From positions 514,208-578,207 of the forward strand of contig OZ246406.1 in assembly GCA_965231045.1 (NCBI GenBank): DNA of 64,000 bases, in the 5' to 3' direction. Shown here piece after piece: positions 32,878-42,961 of the stretch (within the stretch, counting starts at the first letter, position 1; each line of letters opens with the position of its first letter). The DNA comes from an uncultured Candidatus Saccharibacteria bacterium (GTDB lineage: Bacteria; Patescibacteriota; Saccharimonadia; Saccharimonadales; JAGQNJ01). The position numbers and the translations under genes are program-made. The notes under the pieces are model-generated. The model saw only the letters and a program-made list of their open reading frames with translations. It did not search any database and was not told the DNA's origin.

Positions 32878-34698
32878 ATGCAAATATCTGATACTCTTCT
32901 AGTTAAACTTCTGACTGAGTCAGGAAAAGTCAAAAAAGAGCAACTCGCTCAATTAAAAGACCAGGCTGCGGCAGAAAAAAAGAAACTACAGGACATGGTT
33001 ATAAAAGCCAACGTAATTTCTGAAAAAGACCTTACTAAGCTTTATGCCAAAGAAATTGATGCCCCTTATGTTGAGCTAAATCCTAAAGAGATCGAAAGAG
33101 AAGTTCTTAGGCTTATACCTGAACGTATCGCACGCCAGTATAATGTAGTTGTTTTTGGAGTTGATGAGAAGAGCAAGAAACTCCTAGCCATGGAAGATCC
33201 AGATGATGTTCAGGCAGTGGGTTTCCTGCAAAAGCAACTTGGCAATGACGTCAAGATATATATTGCTCCTGCCTCTAATATTCAATCTGCTATCGAACAA
33301 TATCATGGCAATAATATTAATAGTGAGCTAACGAAGGTAATCTCCGGCGAAGATGAGGATGAGAACAAGGAAGAAGAGGAAGTATCAGAAGAGGATTTAG
33401 CCGAAGATTCACCAATTGCTCAAACAGTAAACTTAATTATCGAATATGCCGTAAAAGCTGGTGCAAGTGATATTCATATAGAACCTCGCGAAGGCTATGT
33501 TTCTGTTCGATATCGTGTGGATGGTGTTTTACGAGAAGCAAACAAACTTCCAAAAAAAGTCATGGGGGCTCTAATATCACGCATAAAAATCCTGGCTAAT
33601 CTTAAGATTGATGAACACCGAGCCCCACAAGATGGTCGATTTAAAATTAGCGCATCGGGGGGCGCCTTCGCCTTGCGTGTATCAACACTGCCAATTATGG
33701 ATGGTGAAAAAGTTGTCATGCGTATTCTAAATGAATCCTCTCAGGCATTAACTCTTGAAGATCTTGGATACTGGGGCCATTCTAAAGAAACTATTCAAAG
33801 AGCAATAGTTCAGCCCTACGGCATGATCCTTGTTACAGGGCCTACAGGTTCAGGAAAATCAACTAGCCTCTTTAGCGTTCTAAGTATGTTAAATCGCCCA
33901 GATGTTAACATCTCTACCGTAGAAGACCCGGTTGAGTACCGTGTTGTCGGTGCTAATCAAACACAAGTTAACCCGGTAGCCGGGATGACGTTTGTTAATG
34001 GCCTCCGAGCTTTGCTACGACAAGATCCAAACGTAATTATGGTTGGTGAGATTCGAGATGGTGAAACTGCCAACCTTGCAATTCAAGCAGCCTTAACTGG
34101 ACACTTAGTCTTCTCTACCCTTCACACAAATAATGCTGCAACCTGCTTACCGCGTTTGCTTGACATGGGTGTTGAGCCATTCCTTATAGCAAGCACAGTT
34201 CGTGCCGTAGTTGGACAACGGCTTGTACGTCGTCTTTGCGTCGATTGCCGTGAGTCTTTCAATCCAGACGAAGCAACTTTGAAGCAAGTTAATCATATAT
34301 TCCACACCGATCAGGCTGAAATGATGAAAACCATTCATAAGCTCGAACAAGAAGCTCTTGAAGCTGGAATTGGTAAAGCTAACCCATCCAAGAAAGGCAA
34401 AGAATCGACTTCAGAACTCTCCACAACAGATGCAAAGATCGCTAAACTCTGGAAAGCCCATGACGGGGGATGCGACAGCTGTAACCATACTGGCTATAAA
34501 GGTAGAATGGGTATCTACGAAGTTTTGGAAAATAGTTCGGAGATCCAAAAACTTATTGTTTCTAATGAGACGAGTGAAAATATTCAGCAACAGGCAATTA
34601 AAGAAAATATGGTTACCATGCAGACCGATGGATTTATTAAAGCCCTTCGTGGTCAAACAAGTATTGAAGAAATTCTAAGAGTTACAACAGAAACCTAG
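32878..34698 (+). CDS. pilB: Type IV pilus assembly ATPase PilB (GspE family)
   Basis: Walker A GPTGSGKST, Asp/His boxes, and the tetracysteine CVDC...CDSC. Confidence 0.93.
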   Translation: MQISDTLLVKLLTESGKVKKEQLAQLKDQAAAEKKKLQDMVIKANVISEKDLTKLYAKEIDAPYVELNPKEIEREVLRLIPERIARQYNVVVFGVDEKSKKLLAMEDPDDVQAVGFLQKQLGNDVKIYIAPASNIQSAIEQYHGNNINSELTKVISGEDEDENKEEEEVSEEDLAEDSPIAQTVNLIIEYAVKAGASDIHIEPREGYVSVRYRVDGVLREANKLPKKVMGALISRIKILANLKIDEHRAPQDGRFKISASGGAFALRVSTLPIMDGEKVVMRILNESSQALTLEDLGYWGHSKETIQRAIVQPYGMILVTGPTGSGKSTSLFSVLSMLNRPDVNISTVEDPVEYRVVGANQTQVNPVAGMTFVNGLRALLRQDPNVIMVGEIRDGETANLAIQAALTGHLVFSTLHTNNAATCLPRLLDMGVEPFLIASTVRAVVGQRLVRRLCVDCRESFNPDEATLKQVNHIFHTDQAEMMKTIHKLEQEALEAGIGKANPSKKGKESTSELSTTDAKIAKLWKAHDGGCDSCNHTGYKGRMGIYEVLENSSEIQKLIVSNETSENIQQQAIKENMVTMQTDGFIKALRGQTSIEEILRVTTET

Positions 34699-34706
34699 GG
34701 TGGAAC

Positions 34707-35984
34707 ATGGCTCAATTTAGTTATACAGCATTAAAAGGAAGTAAGAAGGTCACCGGGGCTCTTGAGGCCCCAAGTCAAGAGGCAGCTATGGCCACGTTGC
34801 GCAAACAGGAGCTTCACCCGTTAGTCGTTAAAGTTCAGGGTGGTCATTTCCTATCAAAGCTACACAAAAGTAGGAAGGTAAAGCTAAAAGACCTTGCTAT
34901 CTTTACTAGACAGTTATCAACAATGGTTTCGGCAGGTGTACCTTTAAATCGCTCTTTAAATACCTTGCAGGCTCAGACAGATAGTAAATACTTTCAAAAA
35001 GTAATCCTTAACATTAGTAAGGATGTTGAGAGCGGTAAACCACTGGCTGATAGTTTTGCTAAATACCCAAACATTTTCTCAGATGTGTATGTAAATATGG
35101 TCCGAGCTGGAGAAGCTGGTGGAATTTTAGACGAAATCCTCAAACGTATTGCCTCGCAAGTTGAACAAGATTCTACCATGCGTAAAAAAATAAAAAGCGC
35201 TATGATGTACCCGATTGTGATTTTGAGCATCACTGTTATCGCCTTCTTTGGAATTATGCTATTTATTATCCCTAAGATCGGAAAAATTCTGACTGACCTT
35301 GGCGGCCCAGATGCAAAGTTACCAATTTATACCCAAGTAATGCTTAGTATTAGTGGATTTTTGGTGAGCAACAGTATCATCAACCTGATTCCTGGCATCA
35401 ATTTGATCCCACTTATCAACAAAATACCGAACGCCTTCTTTATTGGTATTATACTTGCCATAGCGCTATTCTTTGTACGTCGTTATATTAAGACGGCTAA
35501 AGGCAAATACAAATTTCATAGTTTACTTCTTAGAATACCGGTATTAAAAACTGTACTGATTAAGATTGCGATCGCTCGTTTTGCGCGAACCTTTGCATCT
35601 TTGATGTCTGCTGGCGTTGGTGTCCTTGATGCCCTTGAAGTCACCGGCGGTGCAATTGGTAATAAGGTGATCGAAAAAGAACTTCAAGATGCAGCCAAAG
35701 AAGTTAAGAATGGTAAGCAACTATCACAGCCTCTGAATGGGAGTAAATACTTTCCGCCTATTGTTTCTCAAATGCTTGCTGTTGGCGAAGAAACAGGCCA
35801 GATTGATACGATACTGGTCAAAGTTGCTGATTTTTACGAAGAAGAGGTTGAAACCACCATTGACGGCCTCAGCTCAATAATTGAGCCACTAATGATTGTG
35901 ATACTTGGTAGCATTGTTGGCCTGATTGCCGCGAGTGTTATGGGGCCAATTAGCTCTTTGAGCAAGAATATTGGCAACCAATAG
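34707..35984 (+). CDS. pilC: Type IV pilus platform protein PilC (GspF family)
   Basis: 425 aa with the duplicated GspF domain pattern (..FTRQLSTMVSAGVPL.., ..FARTFASLMSAGVGVL..). Confidence 0.92.
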   Translation: MAQFSYTALKGSKKVTGALEAPSQEAAMATLRKQELHPLVVKVQGGHFLSKLHKSRKVKLKDLAIFTRQLSTMVSAGVPLNRSLNTLQAQTDSKYFQKVILNISKDVESGKPLADSFAKYPNIFSDVYVNMVRAGEAGGILDEILKRIASQVEQDSTMRKKIKSAMMYPIVILSITVIAFFGIMLFIIPKIGKILTDLGGPDAKLPIYTQVMLSISGFLVSNSIINLIPGINLIPLINKIPNAFFIGIILAIALFFVRRYIKTAKGKYKFHSLLLRIPVLKTVLIKIAIARFARTFASLMSAGVGVLDALEVTGGAIGNKVIEKELQDAAKEVKNGKQLSQPLNGSKYFPPIVSQMLAVGEETGQIDTILVKVADFYEEEVETTIDGLSSIIEPLMIVILGSIVGLIAASVMGPISSLSKNIGNQ

Positions 35985-36030
35985 CCCTATCTTTATATCC
36001 ACAGGTGTTATGTAGCAATAAATTTCAGAC

Positions 36031-36058
36031 TTGACCGAGAGATGCTTATGTTTATAAT
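36031..36058 (+). promoter_or_regulatory. Near-consensus promoter for the major pilin gene (TTGACC-16 nt-TATAAT)
   Basis: -35 at 36031-36036 and -10 at 36053-36058, with a strong SD AAGGAGGGTGGG before the ATG at 36138. Confidence 0.55.
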
Positions 36059-36137
36059 GATACCTAGCTAGAACCTATAGAAGTAGGATCTTAGTAATTG
36101 TTAAATAATAAAAAGTAACTAAGGAGGGTGGGTCCCT

Positions 36138-36584
36138 ATGACTTCACTAAAACTTAAACAACGCGGTTTTACGATCGTTGAACTTTTGATCGTAATCGTC
36201 GTTATCGGTATCTTGGCAGCACTTGTCATTACAACATTTACCGGTATTCAACAAAAAGCTCGAAACACAGAGCGACAAACAGACATTAAGGCTATTCACG
36301 GCCAGGTTGAGGCATACTATGCTCAAAACGGTCGTTATCCAACTTTGGGTAACCTAAATGACTCTGCATGGCGCGGAAGCAACATGAAAGGTCTTGATCC
36401 AGAAGCTTTGAAAGATCCTAAGGGAGCTGCTCAAACACTTGCTGACACAGCTGGTGCTAACGTTTACTCTTACGTAGTAACCCCAGCTAACTGTGACAAC
36501 GGTGCTAACGGTGACTGTACTGGCTACACCTTGACTGCTACATATGAAGGTGGTGGTACATTTAGCAAGACAAACCTTAACTAA
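36138..36584 (+). CDS. pilA: Major type IV pilin
   Basis: MTSLKLKQRGFTIVELLIVIVVIGILAAL. It has its own strong promoter, SD and terminator, and a C-terminal Cys pair (CDNGANGDC). Confidence 0.85.
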   Translation: MTSLKLKQRGFTIVELLIVIVVIGILAALVITTFTGIQQKARNTERQTDIKAIHGQVEAYYAQNGRYPTLGNLNDSAWRGSNMKGLDPEALKDPKGAAQTLADTAGANVYSYVVTPANCDNGANGDCTGYTLTATYEGGGTFSKTNLN

Positions 36585-36602
36585 GACTTAAAGTTTTAGG
36601 AG

Positions 36603-36631
36603 AAAGAGCGCTCAACAACGAGCGCTCTTTT
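36603..36631 (+). terminator. Intrinsic terminator after pilA
   Basis: AAAGAGCGCTC-AACAAC-GAGCGCTCTTT followed by T(A)ATT. The stem is GC-rich and perfect. Confidence 0.75.
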
Positions 36632-36675
36632 AATTGTGGCAGAAGTGGTTTAACAGCGTATAATAGTTAGTAAGC

Positions 36676-37098
36676 ATGAGCAAGTTAATTAGAAACGAAA
36701 CTGGCTTTAGTATTGTTGAGCTTTTAATCACGCTTATTATTATTGCTGTGGCTTTTGGTGCATTTATGGTTACATTTACCAGCATTCAAGGTATTAACAA
36801 GAAATCTATAGATATAAACAATGCAACTGAGTCTGCTTACACAAAGCTTCAGGAATACGAAAATAAAAGCTTCTCCACCCTACCTACCACATCACCCTCA
36901 GGAACACTTGTGCAAGTTGAAGATTTTAGCAGCAGTGTACCTGCAGGTCTTGAAAAACCATATACAGCACTCGTATATGTCAATACTCAGTCACCAACCC
37001 TCAAGCAAGTTGTGGTAAGTATTAAGTTTGGTAGTGGATCAGGCCAACGTGTTATTGAGTTTGGGACTTTAATACAAAAGAATGGGCTTGGACGATGA
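36676..37098 (+). CDS. Minor pilin / pseudopilin
   Basis: The N-terminus NETGFSIVELLITLIIIAVAFG has the prepilin motif. Confidence 0.7.
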   Translation: MSKLIRNETGFSIVELLITLIIIAVAFGAFMVTFTSIQGINKKSIDINNATESAYTKLQEYENKSFSTLPTTSPSGTLVQVEDFSSSVPAGLEKPYTALVYVNTQSPTLKQVVVSIKFGSGSGQRVIEFGTLIQKNGLGR

Positions 37099-37811
37099 AA
37101 GATCAACATGGCTTTACACTTGTCGAAGTTCTAATCATGGCTCCGATTATGATTCTAACAATTGTGTTTTTGATGAGTTTCTTGTTTTCTCAATATGGGG
37201 ACCTCACCAAGCAAGGTGCTCAAATTAACTTACAGACAGAGGCTCAAGTTATTACCTTCAGTATGGAAGATGATGTATTTTTCTCAAATGCATTTGTCCA
37301 AGATCTAAATGCCGGTCTTATTGATACCTACCAGCCATCTGGTGGCTGGAAGTACAATACCACACCACAAACCTTAATTATCTCTGAACCTGCAATAACA
37401 AAAAATCGACGAGATCCAGATAGACAGCCAGTTTTTATTAATACAGTGGGATGCGATACAAGTGTTATTGAAGATAATTCTCCCTTGTATAACAACATAA
37501 TTTACTTTGTAAGTGGCACAAACTTGTACAAAAGAGTAGTAAGTGCGCCGGCAACAATGTCAACTTGTGGAACCAGCTTTATGAAACAAACATGTCCTCA
37601 GGCACATGCCAGCACTAGTTGCCCGGCTGATAAATTACTCACTGATAAGCTTGATACATTCGCTGTTACTTACTTAGATACAAATAACAATGCTGTAAGT
37701 GATCCTGAACAAGCTGAACGGCTTAAGGTTGTATTGACGCTCAAAGATAGGGCATACGCTGAGGATATACACAGCACTTCAACAATAACCCTAAGAAAGC
37801 TTAACCAATGA
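37095..37811 (+). CDS. Minor pilin / pseudopilin
   Basis: The N-terminus KDQHGFTLVEVLIMAPIMIL has the prepilin motif. 4-nt overlaps with both neighbours. Confidence 0.7.
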   Translation: MKDQHGFTLVEVLIMAPIMILTIVFLMSFLFSQYGDLTKQGAQINLQTEAQVITFSMEDDVFFSNAFVQDLNAGLIDTYQPSGGWKYNTTPQTLIISEPAITKNRRDPDRQPVFINTVGCDTSVIEDNSPLYNNIIYFVSGTNLYKRVVSAPATMSTCGTSFMKQTCPQAHASTSCPADKLLTDKLDTFAVTYLDTNNNAVSDPEQAERLKVVLTLKDRAYAEDIHSTSTITLRKLNQ

Positions 37812-39718
37812 TCCACAAGAATCTAAAACACTTAAACATAATGAACGAGCAAGGCTTTGCAATGCCTATGGTGATAATGCTAATGGTCATTATGACTTTT
37901 ATCGCATATGCGGCCCTGCTTCAAGCAAATAATGGCCTTAACCTAGCCTATAAACAGGCCTATATTCAAATGGCACGTACAGCTTCAAAAGCATCTATCG
38001 ATTATGCTCAGGAGCAATTTGATAATTCCTTATGTGGTAATTACAATGGCTCATCTGAAAAAGACCTAGTAAATAACAGCCGCTATCGAGTTACTTATAA
38101 AGCTGAGGTACTCAGCACTTCAGCTGACGGCCTTGAGAAGACTATAAAGGGAACGGGTAGTGTTTATTTACCTAAGGTATCCAATACCGCCCAATATGTA
38201 TTCGATATTCGATCTGAAGTCGTTAGAACTTTTGCAGCATGTAAAACGCCAGATAATTATAGTCCTACTCTTTGGCTTGACAGTAGTGATTTAACAACCC
38301 TATTTAAACCCGGTAGTACTTCTTCAGCCACAATCACTCCAACCACTACTTTTGGTTCTGCCGGTGGAACGTCACGCGACACTCTTGAGGAGCGGGCCGA
38401 TAATGGTGCTCAAACAACTAATTCATGGCAAAGCACTGATCTTGAAATGCACACCTGTGATTCAACCGAATTTACTAGTACAGTATGTTCAAGCAACACA
38501 ACAAAATACCTGTATGACGGAATAATCTTCCAAAACGTAAACCTTCCAAAAAACTCGACAATTACTTCAGCAATAATTAACTACGACTGTGGTGCTGGTG
38601 GAACCTCCGGTCCATTAACACATCAAATATTTGGCATCTATAAATCAGCTACTAACTTACACCCTGATTTATTTACTAGCACCGGTAGTAATCAACTTAA
38701 AACTCCAATGACAACAAATGGTTTACATACTTCTAGTTCAGCCACACTTTCCACCAACAATTGTCCCCCAGGAAATGGCAACACTATGGACATAACAAGT
38801 GTTGTTCAAGAGATTGTTAATAATTCAAACTGGGATCCGTCCACAGGTGGTGGCCGTATGGGTTTCGCTATGCAGCGAACGAGTGGTAATGGTGCTCGAA
38901 AATTCAACAAAGATAATATTCGCCTAGCAATTACCTACAGTAGTACCGGTGGACCAACACCAACTACCGCAAATAACGATTCGATTGCAGAGTGGCATGA
39001 CAAATCAGGCAACGGAAATAATGCTATATCAACTTACGGTAATATCCCGACTCGTATTGATGGTCAAATAAATAATAAGCCGATCGTCAGATTTAATAAC
39101 GGAGCTATGCTCAGTGCACTAAATACAGCCCTTGCTAACAAGCGTGAGATGACGGTTTTTGCAGTTATGAAAGCTAATTATGGTACAAGTAGTAGTGACG
39201 GCCGTGTAATAAGTGGCATGACCAACACAACAAGTGACGACACTACCGGTACATCGACGATAATACCGCTCCTCAGAAATGGAACAAATTCAGGGTTTAG
39301 CAATATTTATGCAAGTAGTACTGCTTCCAACCGTACAGACTACATCTGTAATGCAACATGTGCTAGCAATCCTTATATATATACCTCGGTATTCACGAAT
39401 CAAGACGCAAACCACACGACTTCTACACTTAAAGGCCAGGGGGCTCCCGCTACATCGAAAACCGGCATTAGTCCTTCAGGATCCAGTACCTATGTGTATG
39501 GCATTAATCAGCTATATATTGCAGGTCGCAGAACTGGAACTTCGCCAGGAAGTGGTACCAATTACTTTAATGGTGACTATGCTGAGTTAGTAGTTTACGA
39601 TCATGCATTAACTTGTCGGCAAGTTGAATCAATTGAGGAGTATTTGCGGGCCAAGTGGAATATCACTGCTTCAGCCTATGAAACAACCTGTCCACCAGAC
39701 ACCGTTCCAACACTATAA
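37808..39718 (+). CDS. Large pilus-associated protein: pilin-like N-terminus lacking Glu5, plus a C-terminal LamG/concanavalin-like domain (candidate tip adhesin)
   Basis: The N-terminus NEQGFAMPMVIMLMVIMTFIAYAAL is PilX/GspK-like. The C-terminal part ends ..NYFNGDYAELVVYDHALTCRQVESIEEYLRAKW, typical of LamG-type jelly-roll domains. Confidence 0.6.
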   Translation: MIHKNLKHLNIMNEQGFAMPMVIMLMVIMTFIAYAALLQANNGLNLAYKQAYIQMARTASKASIDYAQEQFDNSLCGNYNGSSEKDLVNNSRYRVTYKAEVLSTSADGLEKTIKGTGSVYLPKVSNTAQYVFDIRSEVVRTFAACKTPDNYSPTLWLDSSDLTTLFKPGSTSSATITPTTTFGSAGGTSRDTLEERADNGAQTTNSWQSTDLEMHTCDSTEFTSTVCSSNTTKYLYDGIIFQNVNLPKNSTITSAIINYDCGAGGTSGPLTHQIFGIYKSATNLHPDLFTSTGSNQLKTPMTTNGLHTSSSATLSTNNCPPGNGNTMDITSVVQEIVNNSNWDPSTGGGRMGFAMQRTSGNGARKFNKDNIRLAITYSSTGGPTPTTANNDSIAEWHDKSGNGNNAISTYGNIPTRIDGQINNKPIVRFNNGAMLSALNTALANKREMTVFAVMKANYGTSSSDGRVISGMTNTTSDDTTGTSTIIPLLRNGTNSGFSNIYASSTASNRTDYICNATCASNPYIYTSVFTNQDANHTTSTLKGQGAPATSKTGISPSGSSTYVYGINQLYIAGRRTGTSPGSGTNYFNGDYAELVVYDHALTCRQVESIEEYLRAKWNITASAYETTCPPDTVPTL

Positions 39719-39774
39719 GCAATGAATGCAATCTGTTATACTAACATTAACCCGCTTACGTTTAAATAACGCAT

Positions 39775-40839
39775 ATGAACAAAACATATTTCTACAAAGA
39801 TAAACCCATATTCGGCCTTGACATTGGCTTTACCAGCGTCAAGATCATGCAAGCCGCCCCAGGCCCAAAAAAATACACCGTAACAGGTTACGGCGTAAAC
39901 AATTTTGATCCAAAAGCAGTGGATAACGGAACTATAGTTGATATCGAAAATATTGCTAGTTCAATTCATGATTTATTCAAGAATCACCTTGTAGGCGACA
40001 TTACAACTCACCGGGTGGCAATGTCAGTACCCGCCGCCCGAACCTTTACGCGTATTCTCACCCTACCAAATCTTGATGAAAAAGATACAACTGAAGCTGT
40101 AAAATTAGAAGCAGAACAATATATACCCGTACCTATTGATGATCTGTATATAGACTTTCAACAAATAAGAAAGACTGAAAAAGATCAAGATTTCCTTGTT
40201 GTAGCCGTTCCCAAAAAGATAATTAACTCTTACCTTGATCTAGCTAATATCCTTGGCTTAGAGGTTATCGCAATGGAGACAACACTCGGTTCCACAGGTC
40301 GTTTGTTCCAACATACCGATCAACAAAATCTTCCGACCGTAATTATTGATTTTGGGTCGGTGTCAGCAGATGTAACAATTTATGATAACAAAAGTCTCGT
40401 TGTAACTGGTACTGTTCCTGGTGGTGGAGATGATTTTACTAACCTAATTGCACAAAATCTAAACGTAACAAACCAAGAGGCACACGTCATTAAGACAAAA
40501 TATGGTCTAGGAGTAAGTAAAAAACAGAAAGAGATCATAAAAGCACTTGAGCCAAAACTAGATGTTATCGTTAAAGAAATTAAGCGCATGCTTCGTTACT
40601 ATGAAGAGCGAACTGATGCCAACAAAAAAATTGGACAAATTATTACCCTTGGTGGTGGTGCAAATATGCCTGGACTCAGCGAGTACCTTACCGATACACT
40701 ACGCGTCCCAGTGCGTGCATGTAACCCATGGGATAATCTAAGTTTTGATCATCTGCAGCCACCAAGTACCCTAGAAAAGTCTATTTATCTTACTGCTGCA
40801 GGGCTTGCACTTATTAATCCTCGGGAGATATTTTCATGA
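39775..40839 (+). CDS. pilM: Type IV pilus assembly protein PilM (actin-like ATPase fold)
   Basis: FGLDIGFTSVKIM N-terminus, ..IIDFGS..T.., and ..LGGGANMPGL. Confidence 0.88.
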   Translation: MNKTYFYKDKPIFGLDIGFTSVKIMQAAPGPKKYTVTGYGVNNFDPKAVDNGTIVDIENIASSIHDLFKNHLVGDITTHRVAMSVPAARTFTRILTLPNLDEKDTTEAVKLEAEQYIPVPIDDLYIDFQQIRKTEKDQDFLVVAVPKKIINSYLDLANILGLEVIAMETTLGSTGRLFQHTDQQNLPTVIIDFGSVSADVTIYDNKSLVVTGTVPGGGDDFTNLIAQNLNVTNQEAHVIKTKYGLGVSKKQKEIIKALEPKLDVIVKEIKRMLRYYEERTDANKKIGQIITLGGGANMPGLSEYLTDTLRVPVRACNPWDNLSFDHLQPPSTLEKSIYLTAAGLALINPREIFS

Positions 40840-41426
40840 TAAATTTACTACCTCCCGAAGAAAAATCAAACATATTATACGCAAGACGTAATACTGTATT
40901 GCGTCATTGGGTTTTCGCATTATTAGCTGTACTGGCTGGGTCTATTGTATTTTTAGCCGCGGGCCAGGTATATATTGCGCAAACCACCTCCCACCTAAAC
41001 AAGCAGGTAACTGCTCAGCGTGAATCATTGAAAGAACAAAAACTTGATGAAACTCAGAAGCGACTATCTGACCTGTCCAACAACCTTAAGCTCATTATTC
41101 AAGTCCTTTCTAGAGAAGTCTTATTTTCTAAACTACTACGTCAAGTTGGTGCAGTCATGCCTCAAGGATCCGTTCTATCTTCTATTGAGTTAAGCAAAGT
41201 TGAAGGTGGGATCGATTTAAGTGCAGAGGCTGCTGATTATAATACTGCAACACAAATCCAGGTTAACCTTCAAGATCCCAGTAATAAGTTGTTTGATAAA
41301 GTTGATATAATTCAGGTTAGTTGTGCGCAAGCAAAAGGTGACCCCTATCCTTGTAAGGTAACCTTACGAGCCTTGTTTGCAAAGAACAATCCTTTCCTAT
41401 TCATTAATAATGGAGCTAAGCAATGA
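40836..41426 (+). CDS. pilN: PilN-like bitopic protein
   Basis: MINLLPPE start motif, a single TM helix and a coiled-coil segment. Its position after pilM, with a 4-nt overlap, supports the call. Confidence 0.7.
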   Translation: MINLLPPEEKSNILYARRNTVLRHWVFALLAVLAGSIVFLAAGQVYIAQTTSHLNKQVTAQRESLKEQKLDETQKRLSDLSNNLKLIIQVLSREVLFSKLLRQVGAVMPQGSVLSSIELSKVEGGIDLSAEAADYNTATQIQVNLQDPSNKLFDKVDIIQVSCAQAKGDPYPCKVTLRALFAKNNPFLFINNGAKQ

Positions 41427-42079
41427 GTCCAAAACGCGCATATTACATGATGATTGGGCTTGTAGTGTTGCTCAGCACAGCTGTAATTGGCAGCCTTATT
41501 GGTGGAAACATATTCTTAGAAAATCAAGCAAAAAAGCTAAACTCACTTAAGGTTGAGGATAAGGTGTTGGAGGAGCAACAGAATGCACTTAATCAAGCAA
41601 ATAAAGATATCGTGAAATATGCTGAGCTTGAAAAGGATGCCAAATCAGTAGTACCACAGGACAAGGATCAAGCAAAGGCTGTGTTGGAAATAATTCAAAT
41701 TGCAAAAGCTAGTAATATATCCATAAAAAGCATAACGTTTCCTAGTTCAAACCTTGGGGCCAAAGCTGCCCCAACAACAAACTCTAGTGATTCTAGCGAA
41801 AAAAGTGGCTCAAGCAGTACCCCGGTAACACCGCCAATTAGTCAAGCAAAACCTGTTGATGGTATTAAAGGTGTATACAGTTTAGAAATGAATATTGTGC
41901 CTGAATCCGATAATGGTAACGTGATAAGCTACTATCAGTTCCTAGACTTTTTGCAAAGGCTTGAAAACAACCGTCGAACTGCCCAGGTAACTCAAATTAG
42001 AATATCTCCTAAAACTAGCGATAAACAAAGCCCCATTATCACTTTCACATTAACACTTAATATATTTGTAAAGCCGTAA
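41423..42079 (+). CDS. pilO: PilO-like bitopic protein
   Basis: Single TM helix, a coiled coil, then an alpha/beta domain. Assigned by position after pilN and by architecture. Confidence 0.55.
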   Translation: MSPKRAYYMMIGLVVLLSTAVIGSLIGGNIFLENQAKKLNSLKVEDKVLEEQQNALNQANKDIVKYAELEKDAKSVVPQDKDQAKAVLEIIQIAKASNISIKSITFPSSNLGAKAAPTTNSSDSSEKSGSSSTPVTPPISQAKPVDGIKGVYSLEMNIVPESDNGNVISYYQFLDFLQRLENNRRTAQVTQIRISPKTSDKQSPIITFTLTLNIFVKP

Positions 42080-42083
42080 TATC

Positions 42084-42383
42084 ATGAAGTTAGATATTAA
42101 ATCTATACCAAAGAAAGCCACAAGTATACTTAAAAAATTAAGTAAGTATTCTGTGTTCATTTTTGTCATTTTTGTATTACTAGCTTATGGGTTTATAGTG
42201 GTTAGAATCCGAACTCTAGCAAGTACTGAACCAAGTGACGACGCAGTTTCTGAACAGTTAAATACCTTGAGTAAGCCAAAGATTGATAAGCAAACTATTG
42301 ATAAAATACAAAAGCTTCAAGACAGTAATGTCCAGGTTAAGGCCCTATTTGATCAAGCTCGCGATAATCCATTCCAAGATTAA
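42084..42383 (+). CDS. Small bitopic protein ending the pilus operon
   Basis: 99 aa with one TM helix (VFIFVIFVLLAYGFIVV). No recognisable family. Confidence 0.45.
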   Translation: MKLDIKSIPKKATSILKKLSKYSVFIFVIFVLLAYGFIVVRIRTLASTEPSDDAVSEQLNTLSKPKIDKQTIDKIQKLQDSNVQVKALFDQARDNPFQD

Positions 42384-42384
42384 G

Positions 42385-42954
42385 CTATGGATTTGTGTTG
42401 GTAGTTTGAATAGCATTATTATTAAATGCTTGTTCGCAATCAGAAATTTGCTTGGCAACATAGTTTGCATCTGGACAATAATCAAAATGGAAGTTGGCCT
42501 GTTCTCCAGCTGTTTCTACATAAACTGTCCCATACTTTAATAAAGAAGCAAAAATACCTTTTTGTACAGCACTAACGTCCTCAACGTCACCTAGACTTAA
42601 TTGAGAAATTTTTCGATTGAATAGCCCAATTTGGTTAACTTGGGTGATATTAGTATGTGTTACTACTAGCTGGCTTCTTCTGTAAACAAAAGTGGCCAAT
42701 GCCAGCACTACGGCAGTTAAGGCCAAGATTAAAATAAGTACCAAACTTCCAATGCCATATACTTGTGTCTTGTTATTTCCAGCCAACGACGGTACTAAAA
42801 ACGCAAATAGTGCAAAAACTGCAATTATTCCTAACAGCGCTTCTATATAAAGAACAATTAACCCAAATATATGTTTATGCACAGAAATAACAATTTGGTC
42901 AGGTGGTTTTGGGTTTGTGTTTCCAACTACAGGCCCTTTCGGTACTTGATCCAT
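42385..42954 (-). CDS. Membrane protein with a bacterial PH (YdbS/YdbT-like) domain
   Basis: Two TM helices followed by ..QLVVTHTNITQVNQIGLFNRKISQLSLGDVEDV.., typical of the DUF304/bPH family. Confidence 0.55.
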   Translation of the reverse strand: MDQVPKGPVVGNTNPKPPDQIVISVHKHIFGLIVLYIEALLGIIAVFALFAFLVPSLAGNNKTQVYGIGSLVLILILALTAVVLALATFVYRRSQLVVTHTNITQVNQIGLFNRKISQLSLGDVEDVSAVQKGIFASLLKYGTVYVETAGEQANFHFDYCPDANYVAKQISDCEQAFNNNAIQTTNTNP

Positions 42955-42961
42955 GACGATA

